DNA of 64,000 nucleotides, from assembly GCF_037042905.1 (NCBI RefSeq), contig NC_087250.1, positions 19,904,001 through 19,968,000 of the forward strand, written 5' to 3'. The position numbers and the translations under genes were made by a program. Positions 13,092-25,718 of this stretch are shown piece by piece. Position 1 is the stretch's first letter, and each line of letters opens with the position of its first letter. The stretch is from Lytechinus pictus. Taxonomy: Eukaryota. The notes under the pieces were generated by a model, which did no database searches, was not told where the DNA came from, and was given only the letters and a program-made list of their open reading frames with translations.

Positions 13092-13623
13092 AGAAATGCA
13101 GAAATAGAGTTGTCAGAGATGTGCCAGCTGCATATCAGCAACATATATTTATAATCCCATAGCGCCCTCCCTCAGAGTATATAGGAATATGTGTAAACGG
13201 TGTTGTCATATGGTTTGGCATGTGATAATATGAACATATTTCGTTGTCATCAATACCCCCAAAAGGTTGAATAATGTAAAATACTTGGATCTGTGGTATT
13301 AAAGTGATCAGATTCAGAATTTATGGAATTGTAGTTTCGAGACATAAAAGGGAAAGAGAGTCTTCAATAATATGAGAAATAGATCAAAGTTAAAAAAAGT
13401 TATAGTATAAAAGAGAAGAATGTTAACAAAAGAAAAAATTTCTTTCAATTAAAAATTAAAAACTTAGATAAATACAGCGGAATGTATCACACCACGTGTA
13501 TATTCATTTTTCATTATTCAGTTCATTTCTGTTTCGAATGACCTTTTTCACGCATTTCCTACTCGTAGTGGCACGCAACACAATCATGTTGTGATTGTGT
13601 GACAATCATCACACAAGCGTATT

Positions 13624-13990
13624 ATGTTCAAGATTTTGTTGTTAACTTTTCATTGTGTTCATGGCTCATCTCCCCAGTACCTTATTTCACTTATCAAAAG
13701 TTATACCCCTTCAAGATCCTTACGTTCCTCCTTTTCCAATTCTCTTGTTGCCCCAAAAATTTCCAAAACCTGGGGTGAAAGATCATTTGTTTACTCATCC
13801 TCTAAGCTATGGAATAGCCTCCCTCAAAACATAAAACAATGCTTGACTTCTGAAACTTTTAAACATTACCTCAAAACATTTCTGTTCAATTCTTCTTAAT
13901 TTCTTTTATAATTTCCTAAAAAGCGCCTTGAGCACTCTACAGAGTGGATTTGGCGCGATATAAGTCTAATTATTATTATTATTATTATTA
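13624..13990 (+). mobile_element. 3' fragment of an L2-like LINE
   Basis: Typical ORF2 C-terminus FKILLLTF...PQYL...YTPSRSLRSS...GERSF...KLWNSLP, then the 3' motif AAGCGCCTTGAGCAC...GGCGCGATATAAGT and an (ATT)n tail. Confidence 0.85.
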
Positions 13991-13999
13991 TGTGGCCAT

Positions 14000-14720
14000 C
14001 GGAGGTCCCAGCCTCTTTGACCTTTTCATGGATTTTAGCTTGCCACAAGAGATCGTGGTTGTAAGCTGTCAGGGCAAGCTTGGCCAGTGCATTACCAGTT
14101 CCTTTTAATCGCCTCCCGGCACACAGAACTGCAGAGCGCTTGTGGTGTGTACAAAATTTTACAATCATCACCCGCAGTTTCCTCTTGGCTGTAGCGCCCT
14201 CAACATTTGACATAGTGTTCTCATAGGAACTTGAAGAGGCATCCTGGCAACGTGATGCGATCCGTCCAAATCGTCTGTTGATCGCGTCACACCCGGTCGT
14301 TCCGTGGCAATACCGCGTATCAATTCGTCGGTTTTCTTATCTTTGTTATTAGGTATCCCGTAGAATAGCAAACAATTCCTACGTTAGTACTGTTGCATCT
14401 CATTCATCTCAAGTTGGAGATTGTTGATGCTCGAGGCTTGATCGGAGAGCATTCTATCGAGGCCTTCAATTTTTTTTACCTGAGACTCAATTTTGGCTTC
14501 TGAGTCCATTATCATTCCAGCATTGTACTTGACATGCTCTGTTAAGCCAGATTGGCCACCCTCTAATTGCTCGATTTGCTTGAATAACTTGTTCAATTGC
14601 TTATCGATTCCTTTTACAATAGCTTCTTCAACAGCTTTGAAAAATGCATCACTCTCTAAGTATTCCTCGACTGCTTGAATGACAATGGTTTTCTGCATTC
14701 GACTTGGCTCTAGTTGTCAT
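14000..14720 (-). pseudogene. Disrupted LINE ORF1-like remnant (coiled coil plus RRM-like segment)
   Basis: Heptad-rich ORF 14384-14698 continues past a stop into QQY*RRNCLLFYGIP and later, in another frame, IVKF. These motifs are typical of L1-type ORF1 proteins. Confidence 0.7.
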
Positions 14721-15753
14721 GATGAAATGTTAGCTCATAAAATTTTACACCTTGGAAAATCACATGAAAAAGTAATGTACAATGTAGTTTCGTCGCAAAT
14801 TGAAACAAAATGCAGAATTAGGTTACATGAGATTCAATGATGAAAAGACCCGTTGAATTCTGTAAATGTTAATTATTGCAGAGAAGATACAATAGTAAGT
14901 CAATTTTCAGAAATACGGCTGTCTTATCACATGATGCAATGTATTCCAGTAGTGCAAAGGATAATTATAGAGCTGAAAACATGTTCGGCTATGACGAGAT
15001 GATAATATATAAGAGTAAAAATATTCTCTCAGACAATTTCAAAACTTACAAATTAAAAGAAATATGGAAGACAATTCGGCTGTACTTGGTATTTGCAATC
15101 ATGGCTGATAGAGCTTCGTCAATCGAAGTTCCGGTTCCCGGACGATATATGTTATAGTATGTATCACGGAATATATGGTAGACATATACAACAGGTGAAG
15201 ATAGAGCATTCCGGCATAAATCGGAAGTGCGATTCAGAATGTATAGAAGACCAGATTCACGCTAAAACTATCTTAATCATGTCAATAAACACCGAAAGAA
15301 GCTATACGTACAATCTTTTTTCGACGATATAAAAAAATGTGGTATGAGACAAAATTGGAAGCAAAAAAAATATTGGCATTATATGCACCTCAAATTCCCA
15401 GTTTTCGTTTCCTGGAGTGCAAATCATGGATTGATTAAGTATTGCAATGGATAAAGTTATCATTAGGCCTACTGTTTCACCATAATTCCTTGTGAATATA
15501 TCGTATGGAAAAATATTGCAGATATGAAACGTAAAAATGTTCATAGCATAATAGACTCCCTTTATTCCATAGTGATTAAAAAGTCATTTCCGTACTTTAT
15601 TTACACGTGCCCTGTTATTTTATGGACAATCTTGTGTAAAATTTGTAATTTTTCTTGTTAAATTTCAAGTCTGATTTATTCGAATTAGCTTGATCTTATT
15701 TCTGCCCTTTTAATGATTAATGATGTTCTTCTTTTTATTTCCCCTTTTCACAG

Positions 15754-15909
15754 CTAAAAAGCAATCTGATCCTCCAAAATCAATTCATGTCACAGATTCT
15801 CAATCAGATATAAGATCGATATCTGCGCGCCAATCACCAAATACACCGGGAGGAGGTTTATCTACATCCAATGTGAAGAGGGTTGCCCCAAGCAGACCCT
15901 CAAAAACAG
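15754..15909 (+). CDS. SH3-domain gene, repeat exon B (KKQSDPPKSIHVTD...KRVAPSRPSKT)
   Basis: ttttcacag / gtaatc, 156 nt, phase 1-1. Confidence 0.85.
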
Positions 15910-16090
15910 GTAATCACTGTCCTCTTGATCAATGTCCTTAAAACAAAAATGAAAATGAAACTTGAACATCTTCTGCATTATTTTTTCTTACTAGGAGTTA
16001 TGACTGATCTGATCAACTATGGAAAGCCAGCAACATTAACATATAAAGCGCATGCTTATTCAAATGTGTTGTAGATATGTTATATATTCA

Positions 16091-18073
16091 GCTCGGATTA
16101 TTTCCGAATTTGCACTGGAGCTGAGTCACCCCCTCACCGCTATTTTCAATGAATCTATTAGAGAGTCGGTGGTGCCACATAGTTGGAAGCGAGCAATTGT
16201 GGTACCCATCCCGAAAACGACAAACCCCACTATAGAAGACTTGAGACCAGTTTCGCTAACAGACCATTTCGCAAAGATCCTGGAGAAATTTATTGCGAAG
16301 TGGTTGGTGGGTGACATTGGCAATGCGATCGATAAGTCACAGTTCGGCAACAGGAAAGGCCATTCAACTGCACATTATTTGATAGATATACTAAACACAA
16401 TTCATCAGAATGCCGATAAACCAAAAATGGTCTCAACCCTGGTGGCTACGGACTTCAGCAAAGCCTTCGACAGGATAGATCATGGGCTAGCTGTTAGGAA
16501 ACTGCTTGATATGGGGGCATCTCCGTCCTTGGTGGCTTGGATCTCCAATTTCCTCTCCAACCGAAAGCAGAGTGTACGTTATCTGTCTCAACTCTCTGAT
16601 TGGATGGAGATTTCGGCAGGTACTCCGCAAGGCACTCGACTTGGACTGATAATCTTCGTCTGCATGATCAACGACTTGTTCAAGGATAGCGACCACCAAT
16701 ATTGGAAATATGTCGACGACCTCTCCCTGCTTGAATGTAGGAAATCAACGGATCAATCAAAAATCCAAGAAGAAGTAAATAAACTGGAGAAATGGACCAA
16801 AGACAACTGCATGAAACTGAACCCTAAGAAATGTGTCGTAATGAACGTTCAGTTTATGAGAAACCCAACGTGTGTCCCAAAAGTAATAATTGATGATCAA
16901 GAACTAGGTGAAGTCCATCTTGTTAAACTTTTAGGTGTGTTCGTACAAGATGACTTAAAATGGTCATACCATGTTACAGAAATGGTCAAGGCAGCGAGCA
17001 TGAGGCTACACATGATGCGGATCCTGAAAGGTTTTCGGCTACCAGTTGAGGATTTGAAAGTAGTATATTGTTCTTATGTGCGCCCGAAACTCGAATACTG
17101 CGCCCGGTTTGGCATTCTGGCCTAACGCAGAAAGAAAAAAAAATGATTGAGAGAATTCAGAAACGTGCGTGTCGCCTCATGCTTGGCCAAAGGTACACCA
17201 GTTATGATGACGCCCTCACTGTTCTTCACCTCCCAACATTAGAAGAGAGAAGGGAAACGTTAACACTGAAACTAGCGAGTAACCTTACAAAAGAGACGTC
17301 CCCATTCCATCACTGGCTCCCTCCTACCAGAGCCATTAGCACCTCCCGTAACCTGCGGAATGCTGGGAAATACTCTGAAATTAAGTGCAAAACCCAGCGC
17401 TATAAAAAGAGCGCACTGCCATTCATTGTGAGGCTACTCAACTCAAAATCTGAATAACTGGCTAAATTATAATAATGATAACAAATAATACATTGTATGA
17501 ATTATTGAATTTTTAGTTGGCAGTATGAAATGAAATGATTAGCATCAGAGTTACTTATTCTACTTATAATATAGATGCATATCATAAATTATGCTCAAAT
17601 TATAAATCTTAATGCTCTTGGACACATTTTTTTTTCTTTTATACATTTCAAGCTGGATATCCCGCTAGTCTTTATCATGTTTGCCAAGGCAATATATCAG
17701 TGTTTTAACGATACAAAAAATATTTCTATTGCCACCCATATTGTATAAATTATATGACCTTAAACTTTGTATCCTTAAGCCTATACTTGCACCGAAAGAT
17801 GCATGACATATATATCACAAAGCAACCGTATTGAATTATATTATATTATGAAATCTTCATCTAGTAAAATCATTTGTTAAATCCTATTACCAATATCCAT
17901 TTATTCAGATCAGAGTTTAGTTACTTATGTCTTATTTCAATATCTTATTTTTAACAACTATTGTGTGTGTATTGTTTGTATTAATCATTTTTGTAAATTG
18001 TACGCAATTCAACCGTAAGGCTGCTATGTGCAATGTTTTTATACCGAAATAAATAAATAAATAAAATAAATAA
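16091..18073 (+). mobile_element. 5'-truncated CR1-group LINE (reverse transcriptase, one frameshift near 17105)
   Basis: RT motifs LRPVSLT, DFSKAFD, GTPQGT, KYVDD and LLGV. The C-terminus continues in ORF 17068-17457. About 600 bp of 3' UTR ends in (AAAT)n. Apparent 5-bp TSD ATTCA within a MITE homologous to about 27990-28262. Confidence 0.93.
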
Positions 18074-18866
18074 ATTCATACATTCATTGTTTTCTTGAAA
18101 TTCCAGTGTGCTTCTCTTTGTTTACAAAGGACATTGTGCAAATTTCCTGTTTTCCGGTAGTAGAAATTATGACATTGATGGATTTCCATATAGTTGGGGT
18201 TGATCTGATCAATTGTAACTCTTTGTAAGAGTTGCAGAAAGAGTTGCAATCAATCGTAACTCTAAAAATGATGCGCAACTTGATTTTCAACCAATCAACA
18301 GCGCGCATTTGGGACTTGCGATTGATTTTTTGGCTTGCGTTTAAACGCAACTCTTTCTGCAACGGGCCCCAGGTGCAAATCCAGGTATGGCAAAGCCGAT
18401 TGCATCGATAAACATGCAATGAACTGCATAACAATGAGAAGAGGAGAATATCGGCGATGCAGTCTTCTATGCAAAATGATGGACAGTACTGTTTAGGAGG
18501 TACTTAATTGAATTATACTCCCAGAAATATCTTAGAAACCTTTCGTTTTACAAGTCTTAGCGGTTTGTTGCAAGAAAATATTTGCAGTCAATTGCAAACT
18601 GCTTATGCAAATTTGCAATCGATATATCTAGAGCAATTTGATTTTTTTCTGCTTGTTTCAAGAATTAGACCAGCAATCTAGTGCAAATTTGCAATTTCAA
18701 AACTTATAATCAATTTTTTAACCTAAATTGACTAGTGATTGATTAAAATTTTCTTGCAATGCCCCGGTTATTAGATACTTAATCTCCGTTAATTTAAAGT
18801 CTTTTTACATTTTTTTGAAATGACACCTATCACAAGTAATCTTTGTATTTTTTCATATTTCCACAG

Positions 18867-18998
18867 CCCAAAAGCAACGTGATGTGCCTTACTCTAAAGA
18901 GGCCACTGGATCCTCTATAGAATTAAAGAGATGCAATTCATCAGGTCATAGTTTATCTAGTGTAAAGAGACTTGCTCCAGGGAGACCATCTAACCCAG
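18867..18998 (+). CDS. SH3-domain gene, repeat exon C (QKQRDVP...KRLAPGRPSNP)
   Basis: tttccacag / gtattt, 132 nt, phase 1-1. Confidence 0.85.
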
Positions 18999-19515
18999 GT
19001 ATTTATATTACATTGGATGGCTCGGGATGGAATACCAGAAATATTCCAGGAGTTCGGGCAAGTATTCCTCAAATTGAAGATTAGTGAAATATTAGCTTTA
19101 ACGGGTGGGATATTTCTGGTATTCCATGAAATAAGGCCATCCAATATAGTTATTTTTTCTATCACACTCCCCCCCCCCCCCGAAAGAAATTGATTGAGCA
19201 AGTCATGACACTTAATCAGTTAATATTTAATACCTCACTTCAGCCCTCCACTTTTATCCCAAACTGTGTACAAAAATGTAAAAAATGACTATCTGACTGT
19301 GATTTTTGCATGGGCAGCCCCCCACTTTCAGGATATTTTCATAATTTCAACCTTAGCAAGTAGAAAAAACACATGAAAACTGAATAGTAATGAATAATAA
19401 TGTTTCCAGATTGTGAAATTAATCAATTTTGATCTATTGATCAGAATTTGTTGTATTTTTGACAGAGTTTCATGATTTATTTCTCTCTTTGAATATTTGT
19501 TTTCTCTTGTCTTAG

Positions 19516-19674
19516 CTAAAAAGCAATGCGATCAATCCAAGTCAAATCATGTCACAGAATCGCAAACAGAGTTACAAGGAACAACACCTGCAGAAGAAGC
19601 TAATACTTCAGGAGAATGTTCAGGTGGATCAACTATTAAGAAGAGAATAGCTCCCAGAAGACCATCTGTTCCAG
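19516..19674 (+). CDS. SH3-domain gene, repeat exon D (KKQCDQSKSNHVTE...KKRIAPRRPSVP)
   Basis: ttgtcttag / gtaaag, 159 nt, phase 1-1. Confidence 0.85.
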
Positions 19675-20930
19675 GTAAAGAATTTTTTACTTTTATAGTC
19701 GGGGGATTATTTCATGAAACACATAGTCGGTGATTTTCACTGACTATTTGGTATAATCTACTGAAATCCTTGCTTCTGATTGGCTGAGAGTACATTATTC
19801 ATTGAAAATCACTGACAAGATGCTTTATGAAACAATCCCTAGGAGAGAGAGAGGGAACAGGAGAGTATTTAAATGACAACTGTTATAAGCTACTGAAATC
19901 CTTGCATCTGATTGGCTCAGAGCAAATTTGTCGTTGAAAATCACAGATAAGTTACTTCATAATACATCACCTGAAGAGTGTCTTTCAGCGAGATTCTCAG
20001 TCAGTGTCTGGGGTATTTAGGTTTGTGTTGACTAATTCCTTTTGTTTGTTGGAAATTCTTTTTTTTTTTTTTTTGGGGGGGGGAGAGGCATTTATTGAAC
20101 CAGGTTGGCAGCTCTGATACAAGCAAGATCCATTGCAAGGTTTTTGGCAAGTCCTGTCAGTTCCCGACTATCTCAGTTTTTACCTTAATGGTCATGAGAC
20201 TTTGCAAAAATAAGTTTATCTTGGAGTGTAGGTGTGTTCTAAGATACATTTTCCCTCAGGTGCTTGATACATCACTATGGTAACAACACATTACGGCATT
20301 GAACGAAGACAAATGCATTCCTTGATTCAGGGCTATTTTATTTTGTTACTATTAATACAATATAAAAATCTTAATGAGTTTCTGCTTCGCCAATCTTTCA
20401 AAATTGATACAAGTTTGGCGGCTTTAGCAGCATTGTTGGGACCACAGTACCCTTCCCCACATTCCAAGGTTTATCTATCTGTATTCCAAGGGAATATAAA
20501 CATCTATCCATGCTATCAATAGAGGGCATTCCCCCCCCCAAAAAAAAAGGGGGGGGGGGTCATGACCAACAGGCCAAGTTAAAAGGGAGAAAAAAAGAAA
20601 AGGAACAGATTTAAATATGATATTATTTTCAATATTTACCTTAATATTCATTTAAAAAGGTCACAATTTTTGCTCACTCATCTTTTTAGGGGTATTATTC
20701 AGTTACATTAAATTTGGAATGCAAAGAACGGGAAGTGGCCCACTTGCTGGAAATCATTGCCCTCTTTTCTTCTGGACCTCAAAAGCATTTTCTTTGCCTT
20801 TACTCTCAATAATAATGCCTTATTGGACAGCATACAAAACTGTTCCTTTTCCATTATATAATAGAAGAAAAAAAATATTTTTTCAAACTTTGAACAAGTT
20901 TTATATTAAAATGTCTTCTCATATTTACAG

Positions 20931-21089
20931 TGGAGAAGCACCCTTATCAGCATAGACCATCGTTTGACGCCACTGATTCTAAAGGTGCCTTGAAGAGATC
21001 TAAGTCTGTAACCCCAGGATGTATATTAAGAAAGGGTTCAGGCACAGCTAATGGGAGGAAAGACCTTGCCAAAAGAGCGTCAGTACCAG
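20931..21089 (+). CDS. SH3-domain gene, divergent repeat exon E (EKHPYQHRPSF...KDLAKRASVP)
   Basis: atttacag / gtatga, 159 nt, phase 1-1, ends SVP like exon D. Confidence 0.8.
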
Positions 21090-22649
21090 GTATGACCACC
21101 AACCGTCCCCTGCCAAGAGGCAAATTGTTCTGCGCCCTAATATGTATTGGGCAATTCCATAAGATGATCAACTTATATGTCCGACCCCCATTTTTCTCAA
21201 GTCTTACTTCACTTTATAAACTGACCAAGTCATGGTCCTTTAATTATTACAGACTGTCAATAGAACAAGAAATCAGAGACAGAAAATGTCACGCAGGTCC
21301 CACATATACGGGTCGGACGTACATATTTTATGGAATTGCCCTATTCTAAATTCAGATCCCATTGCCAGTCTGAAGCCTGATTTTGATATAATCATGGTCC
21401 ATTTCTGTCGTTTAATCGTGGATAGCCAAGCGTGACATGGACCTGTTAGATTTGACTTTCAATTTGTCAGCATTTTAAACTCAATACATTGAAAGTAATC
21501 CAGCAATGGTAATGAGAATTAAAATGTTCACAAAATTTTGACTCTCGGTATTCCATAATTTTAGCACTTACTTACTGGTAGGCCGTGGCTTGAGTTAAAC
21601 CAGAGATTGGAATGCAGGCCCATATTATTTAAGTGAAGAGAAGAGCAATGTAAATCCAATACTTTGATCAAAGATATAAGTCCAGTAGCAGGAATCAATC
21701 CATATTCCTTGCATCTGTAGACATGTGCTGCAACCCTGAAAAGACTTGACTATTTGGATGCCCTACAAGACCATGGGGGTGGGGGGGGGGTGGTAAATTG
21801 CCAATTTGTCTACTGCCAACTCGTCCACTCACCATATGGTCTAACTTTATTTAGCCTAATGCCATTCCGTCCATCATTTCGTCTAACAGCAATTGGTCCA
21901 TTAGCCATTTCGTCCAATCATCACTTCGTCTAATCAACAGTTTGTCTGTGACCATTTCGTCTCAGAACCAGTTGGTCTAAAATCTGTTTTATTTTCACTC
22001 ATTTTGCCCAGTCCATTTAGGCCAAATGGTATATGGACTAAATGGCTATTGGACCAACTAGTTATTAGACGAAATGGTGAGTGGACGAAATGACAATAAG
22101 ACCATGTGGATATTAGATGAACTGATGGTAGACCAAATGATAGTAGACTAGTTGGCAATTGGATGAATTGGCATTGGACGAAATGAAGATAAACCGTGGG
22201 GCGGGCTGAATTGTTCGGCCATGATTGCAACAAAAATTACCATTACCCACAGCATGCCCTACAAATCTTGAAAGTCAAATTTATAAAGGATGAAAGTCAA
22301 ATTTATAGTGGACAAATAGGGTTGTTTTCATAATTCAAGAATGGTTGATAGTTATTCCCAAATAAAAAGGTTGCTTATCATAAAAAAAGGACAAGTCAAA
22401 CTAGTGAACATCTAAAGATATTATGGATTAAGACTCGTAGCACTTACCTCCCATTATAAATAAAAATGTTCTTTCCTGATTGTGTTTAGCCACCTTCCTC
22501 ATTGTTTGTGAATAGCAACCCTCTTCCATGTTATGACTAGCGACCCTCATTTCATAGGAAATGTAGACCTTATAATGAAAGGCCCTTATGACCTTATGTG
22601 CATAAACTATTTCATATTTTGATGCATCCATTTCTTTCTCCATATACAG

Positions 22650-22852
22650 ATTGGAATGATATATGGAACAAGCCCACCATTGGGCAAGCTTTGCAATCCT
22701 TTACGGCCATTCTTCGCTGCGACTTGACCTTTGAAGCCGGCGATCAGATTGAAGTTCTGACCCAAACAAGCAAGCAGTTTGATTGGTGGGAGGGGTCGGC
22801 GCGAGGTCACACGGGGATCTTCCCTGCCAATTACGTTCAACTCCTTCAATGA
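22650..22852 (+). CDS. SH3-domain gene, last coding exon; SH3YL1-like SH3 domain
   Basis: ALQSF...DLTFEAGDQIEVLTQTSKQFDWWEG...GHTGIFPANYV is a clear SH3 signature. The FDWWEG...TGIFPANYV pattern resembles SH3YL1/Ysc84 from memory. Acceptor atacag, stop TGA. Confidence 0.93.
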
Positions 22853-22857
22853 AAGCA

Positions 22858-23527
22858 GGGCCCTGTCTTACAAAGAGTTGCGATTGATCAGGGGGGCGTT
22901 TCATCAATATTTTCGTCCGACAAGTTGTCAGATCTGACAACTTTCCTGGATTCTGATTGGTTGAGAAGCACTGTTACTATAGTGACTGGCAGATAAAACA
23001 GGACTTGTCGGATAAAACGTCTGACAAGTCCTTTCATGAAACGCTCCCCAGGACCCTGTCTCACAAAGAGTTGCGATTGATTCGATCAACCCCAACTATA
23101 TGGAAATCCATCATTGTCATAATTTTTCATCCCAGAAATTTGCGCAATGTCCTTTGTAAACAAACGAGAACACACCAAATTTTCAAGAAATGAAAATATA
23201 GATATACATTCATATCTAGATTTTTTTTAAACAAACATGTATTTTATATATTTACTTTGCTGGCTTTCCATAGTTGCGATTGATTCAATCGACCACAACT
23301 ATATGGAAATCCATCATCGTCATAGTTTTTCATACCAGAAATTTGCGCAATATCCTTTGTAAACAAATCGGAAGCACACTCAAGTCTCAAGACAACAATG
23401 AATGCATGAGTATACATCGTATCTCGAAAACATTTTGAACAAACATGTATTTTAGATGATGGCATTGCCTGGCTTTCCATAGTTGTGGTTGATTGGATCA
23501 ATTGCAACGCTTTGTAAGACCGGGCCC
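22858..23527. mobile_element. Cluster of nested Harbinger-like MITEs at the start of the 3' UTR
   Basis: Termini GGGCCCTGTCTTACAAAG / CTTTGTAAGACCGGGCCC, with an inner GGGGCGTTTCAT...ATGAAACGCTCCC element flanked by CAG. The family recurs at about 15990-18370, 27990-28262 and 48187-48463. Confidence 0.7.
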
Positions 23528-23704
23528 TGGAGAGTGTTAAAAGAAATTGGTGAGACCTATGCATCTAAGATACTTGTACTTGAAGATTGATCGGAGTCAT
23601 TGTTTGCTGCAGTTACGAGTGAGAATCCAACTCAGCGTCTTTCTCTTTGCAATCCTTTTATGGAATTGACAAAACTATGTGGATCAGAAAAGCTGCCTGC
23701 AGCC

Positions 23705-24089
23705 TTGACAGCTGGCAGCCGTCTGCTTCGAGGAGTTTTTTAACATAAAAAAAAAAAAAGGCAAAATCCCCCCGACGGGACTCATAGATTTTTGTCTTTA
23801 TTTCATGAAAATATATGAAAAGAACTTGACCAAAATAAGGATTATTATTCTGTTTTGGCCTGAAATGCACCAAAACGGGGAAAAATAAACTTATAAGGAC
23901 AAAAAACAGTGTCTTTCTTTGGCTGTCGCGCAACTTCACTTCCCTGGTTTATCCGAACTTAATACATAAGCATATGGCCATTGAGTCCTTGTACAGATCG
24001 AGATAGAACTTCGGTCTCTGTAATTGGTGAGTGGAGCCAACGTAGTTCAGCGGAACAACCAATAAAACAGAGTCCAAAGCTTTTGTCTA
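23705..24089. mobile_element. Second copy of the 9-bp-TSD MITE
   Basis: Homologous to 10302-10745, TSD CCTGCAGCC. Confidence 0.8.
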
Positions 24090-24519
24090 CCTGCAGCCTT
24101 GATAATCCACTTTCACTATTTGAAAGTATGAAGTCCTACTCAGCGTCATTTCTCTTCTGATTCGCTGATTCTTGCATTGGTAAAATATTTCAGGATTGGG
24201 TAAGCCATTATGAAATCCTGTGTCTGTGCACGTGTAGGCTATGGGTGCATACTTAGCTGCAGCTAGTAGTGGGAATAACTCGGCACCTTTTTCTTTTACA
24301 ATCGTCTTATTCATGTACTGTCACACTACGGTGGATTGGGAAAAGCTTCTGTGAAACTTTCATGTTTTGAAATTGTGTATACAACTCATATTTATGTTAT
24401 GTGTCATAGCCTTTCAGGAAGGTTTTTTTTCACTGATAGATGTTTTAAACTACTGAAATCCTTTAATCTTATTGGCTGAGAGCAAATCTGTAGGTGAAAA
24501 TAAAAAAACAAGACTCATT

Positions 24520-24801
24520 GGCCCGTATTCTGAAGTCAGGTTTAACTTAGACCATGGTCTAACTCTGTGCTAAAATTATGGGAAGCCAAAAGTGTCAAAA
24601 TTTTTATTTAGTTGTATGTTTCATATGTCTACTGTGCTCTTTCCTGATTCATCGATGGTGAAGACAATCATCTATTTATACTTCCTACACAATTATGATT
24701 TGAGAGCCAAATGAGGTGAAACATTGGATCTCTACTGATAGCGATTTATGTAACAATTGGCTATCCATACTTAAACCACAACCCACTTCAGAATACAGGC
24801 C
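24520..24801. mobile_element. MITE with GGCCCGTATTCTGAAGT termini
   Basis: Inverted termini; an oppositely oriented copy lies at 34980-35290. Confidence 0.75.
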
Positions 24802-24984
24802 ATTATGTAACGGGGGATGATTAATTTTCAAATTCATAGTGGGGATATTCATCACACCTATGTGTAAATTTATTTGTGACTGACTGTATAAATTACATTA
24901 CAATGAAGACCCAAATGCGAACCTCAATCATTTGAAACTTTAATTGTGCTATAAGCCAACATTGAAATATGCATTATTACAATT

Positions 24985-25718
24985 CTCGCTACCCCAAATA
25001 GCGATTTCGCCGAGATCCGGGAAAATCCCTGTAACGCGCATTGCATTATGGGATAGCTTTTCGATATTACAACTTCCTGTTCGGATGTCCAATGCACTGT
25101 TTTGCCTTTCAGATCAACAGTGCCGTCATGCACAACACAACGTCGCTTTCGCTCGGAAAAATCGTGATCACAACCCTCTCTTTCACGATACAGTTTAACG
25201 GTCTTTTCTGCTAAAGTCACTAATTCTGCCCATCGCTTTCCATCGCATGGTATTCCTCTGTCAGTTAAGATTTTTTAAAGTTCCGAAACTGATTTTTATA
25301 TCCATTTTGTGGTCGACGAAAAATTGAACGGAGTGAATGCTGTATATACTTAGCGTCTAGTCTAGTCCGATCGTGATGTCAGGCCGGTCGCTAAATGCAA
25401 AATTTTAAGATATTCATTTTTTGTTTACTTTTTTTATAACCAAATAAAAACATGAATAAAAATTATTTTCACGTGAAATATATTTTTTAATTTTATTTAT
25501 AATTCAAATGGAATCAAAACTGACCAAATTTAATAAAAAGTATTATAATCTGTACATATAACGCTGATTGGCATCGATTTCAGCGTGGTGGAAAACTCAG
25601 TATCGCGAACCTCGCGCGAGCATGACTCTGAACCGGAAGTGGTGATGACGACCCGACGGAGTGAAAATTATCTCGTCTCGCGCATTATGAGATTTTTGTT
25701 CCTATTTGGGGTAGCGAG
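24985..25718. mobile_element. MITE with AATT TSD (Sola1-like)
   Basis: TIR CTCGCTACCCCAAATAG / CTATTTGGGGTAGCGAG flanked by AATT. The superfamily is inferred from the TSD only. Confidence 0.65.

Noticed and set aside
13624..14720. L2 tail plus inverted ORF1 fragment as one twin-primed insertion
   Set aside because: The inverted piece lies downstream of the tail, the wrong side for twin priming; more likely two independent insertions.
16052..17457. Domesticated RT gene or programmed frameshift
   Set aside because: It is 5'-truncated, lacks the endonuclease, has a LINE tail and interrupts a MITE; no slippery site is evident at the shift.
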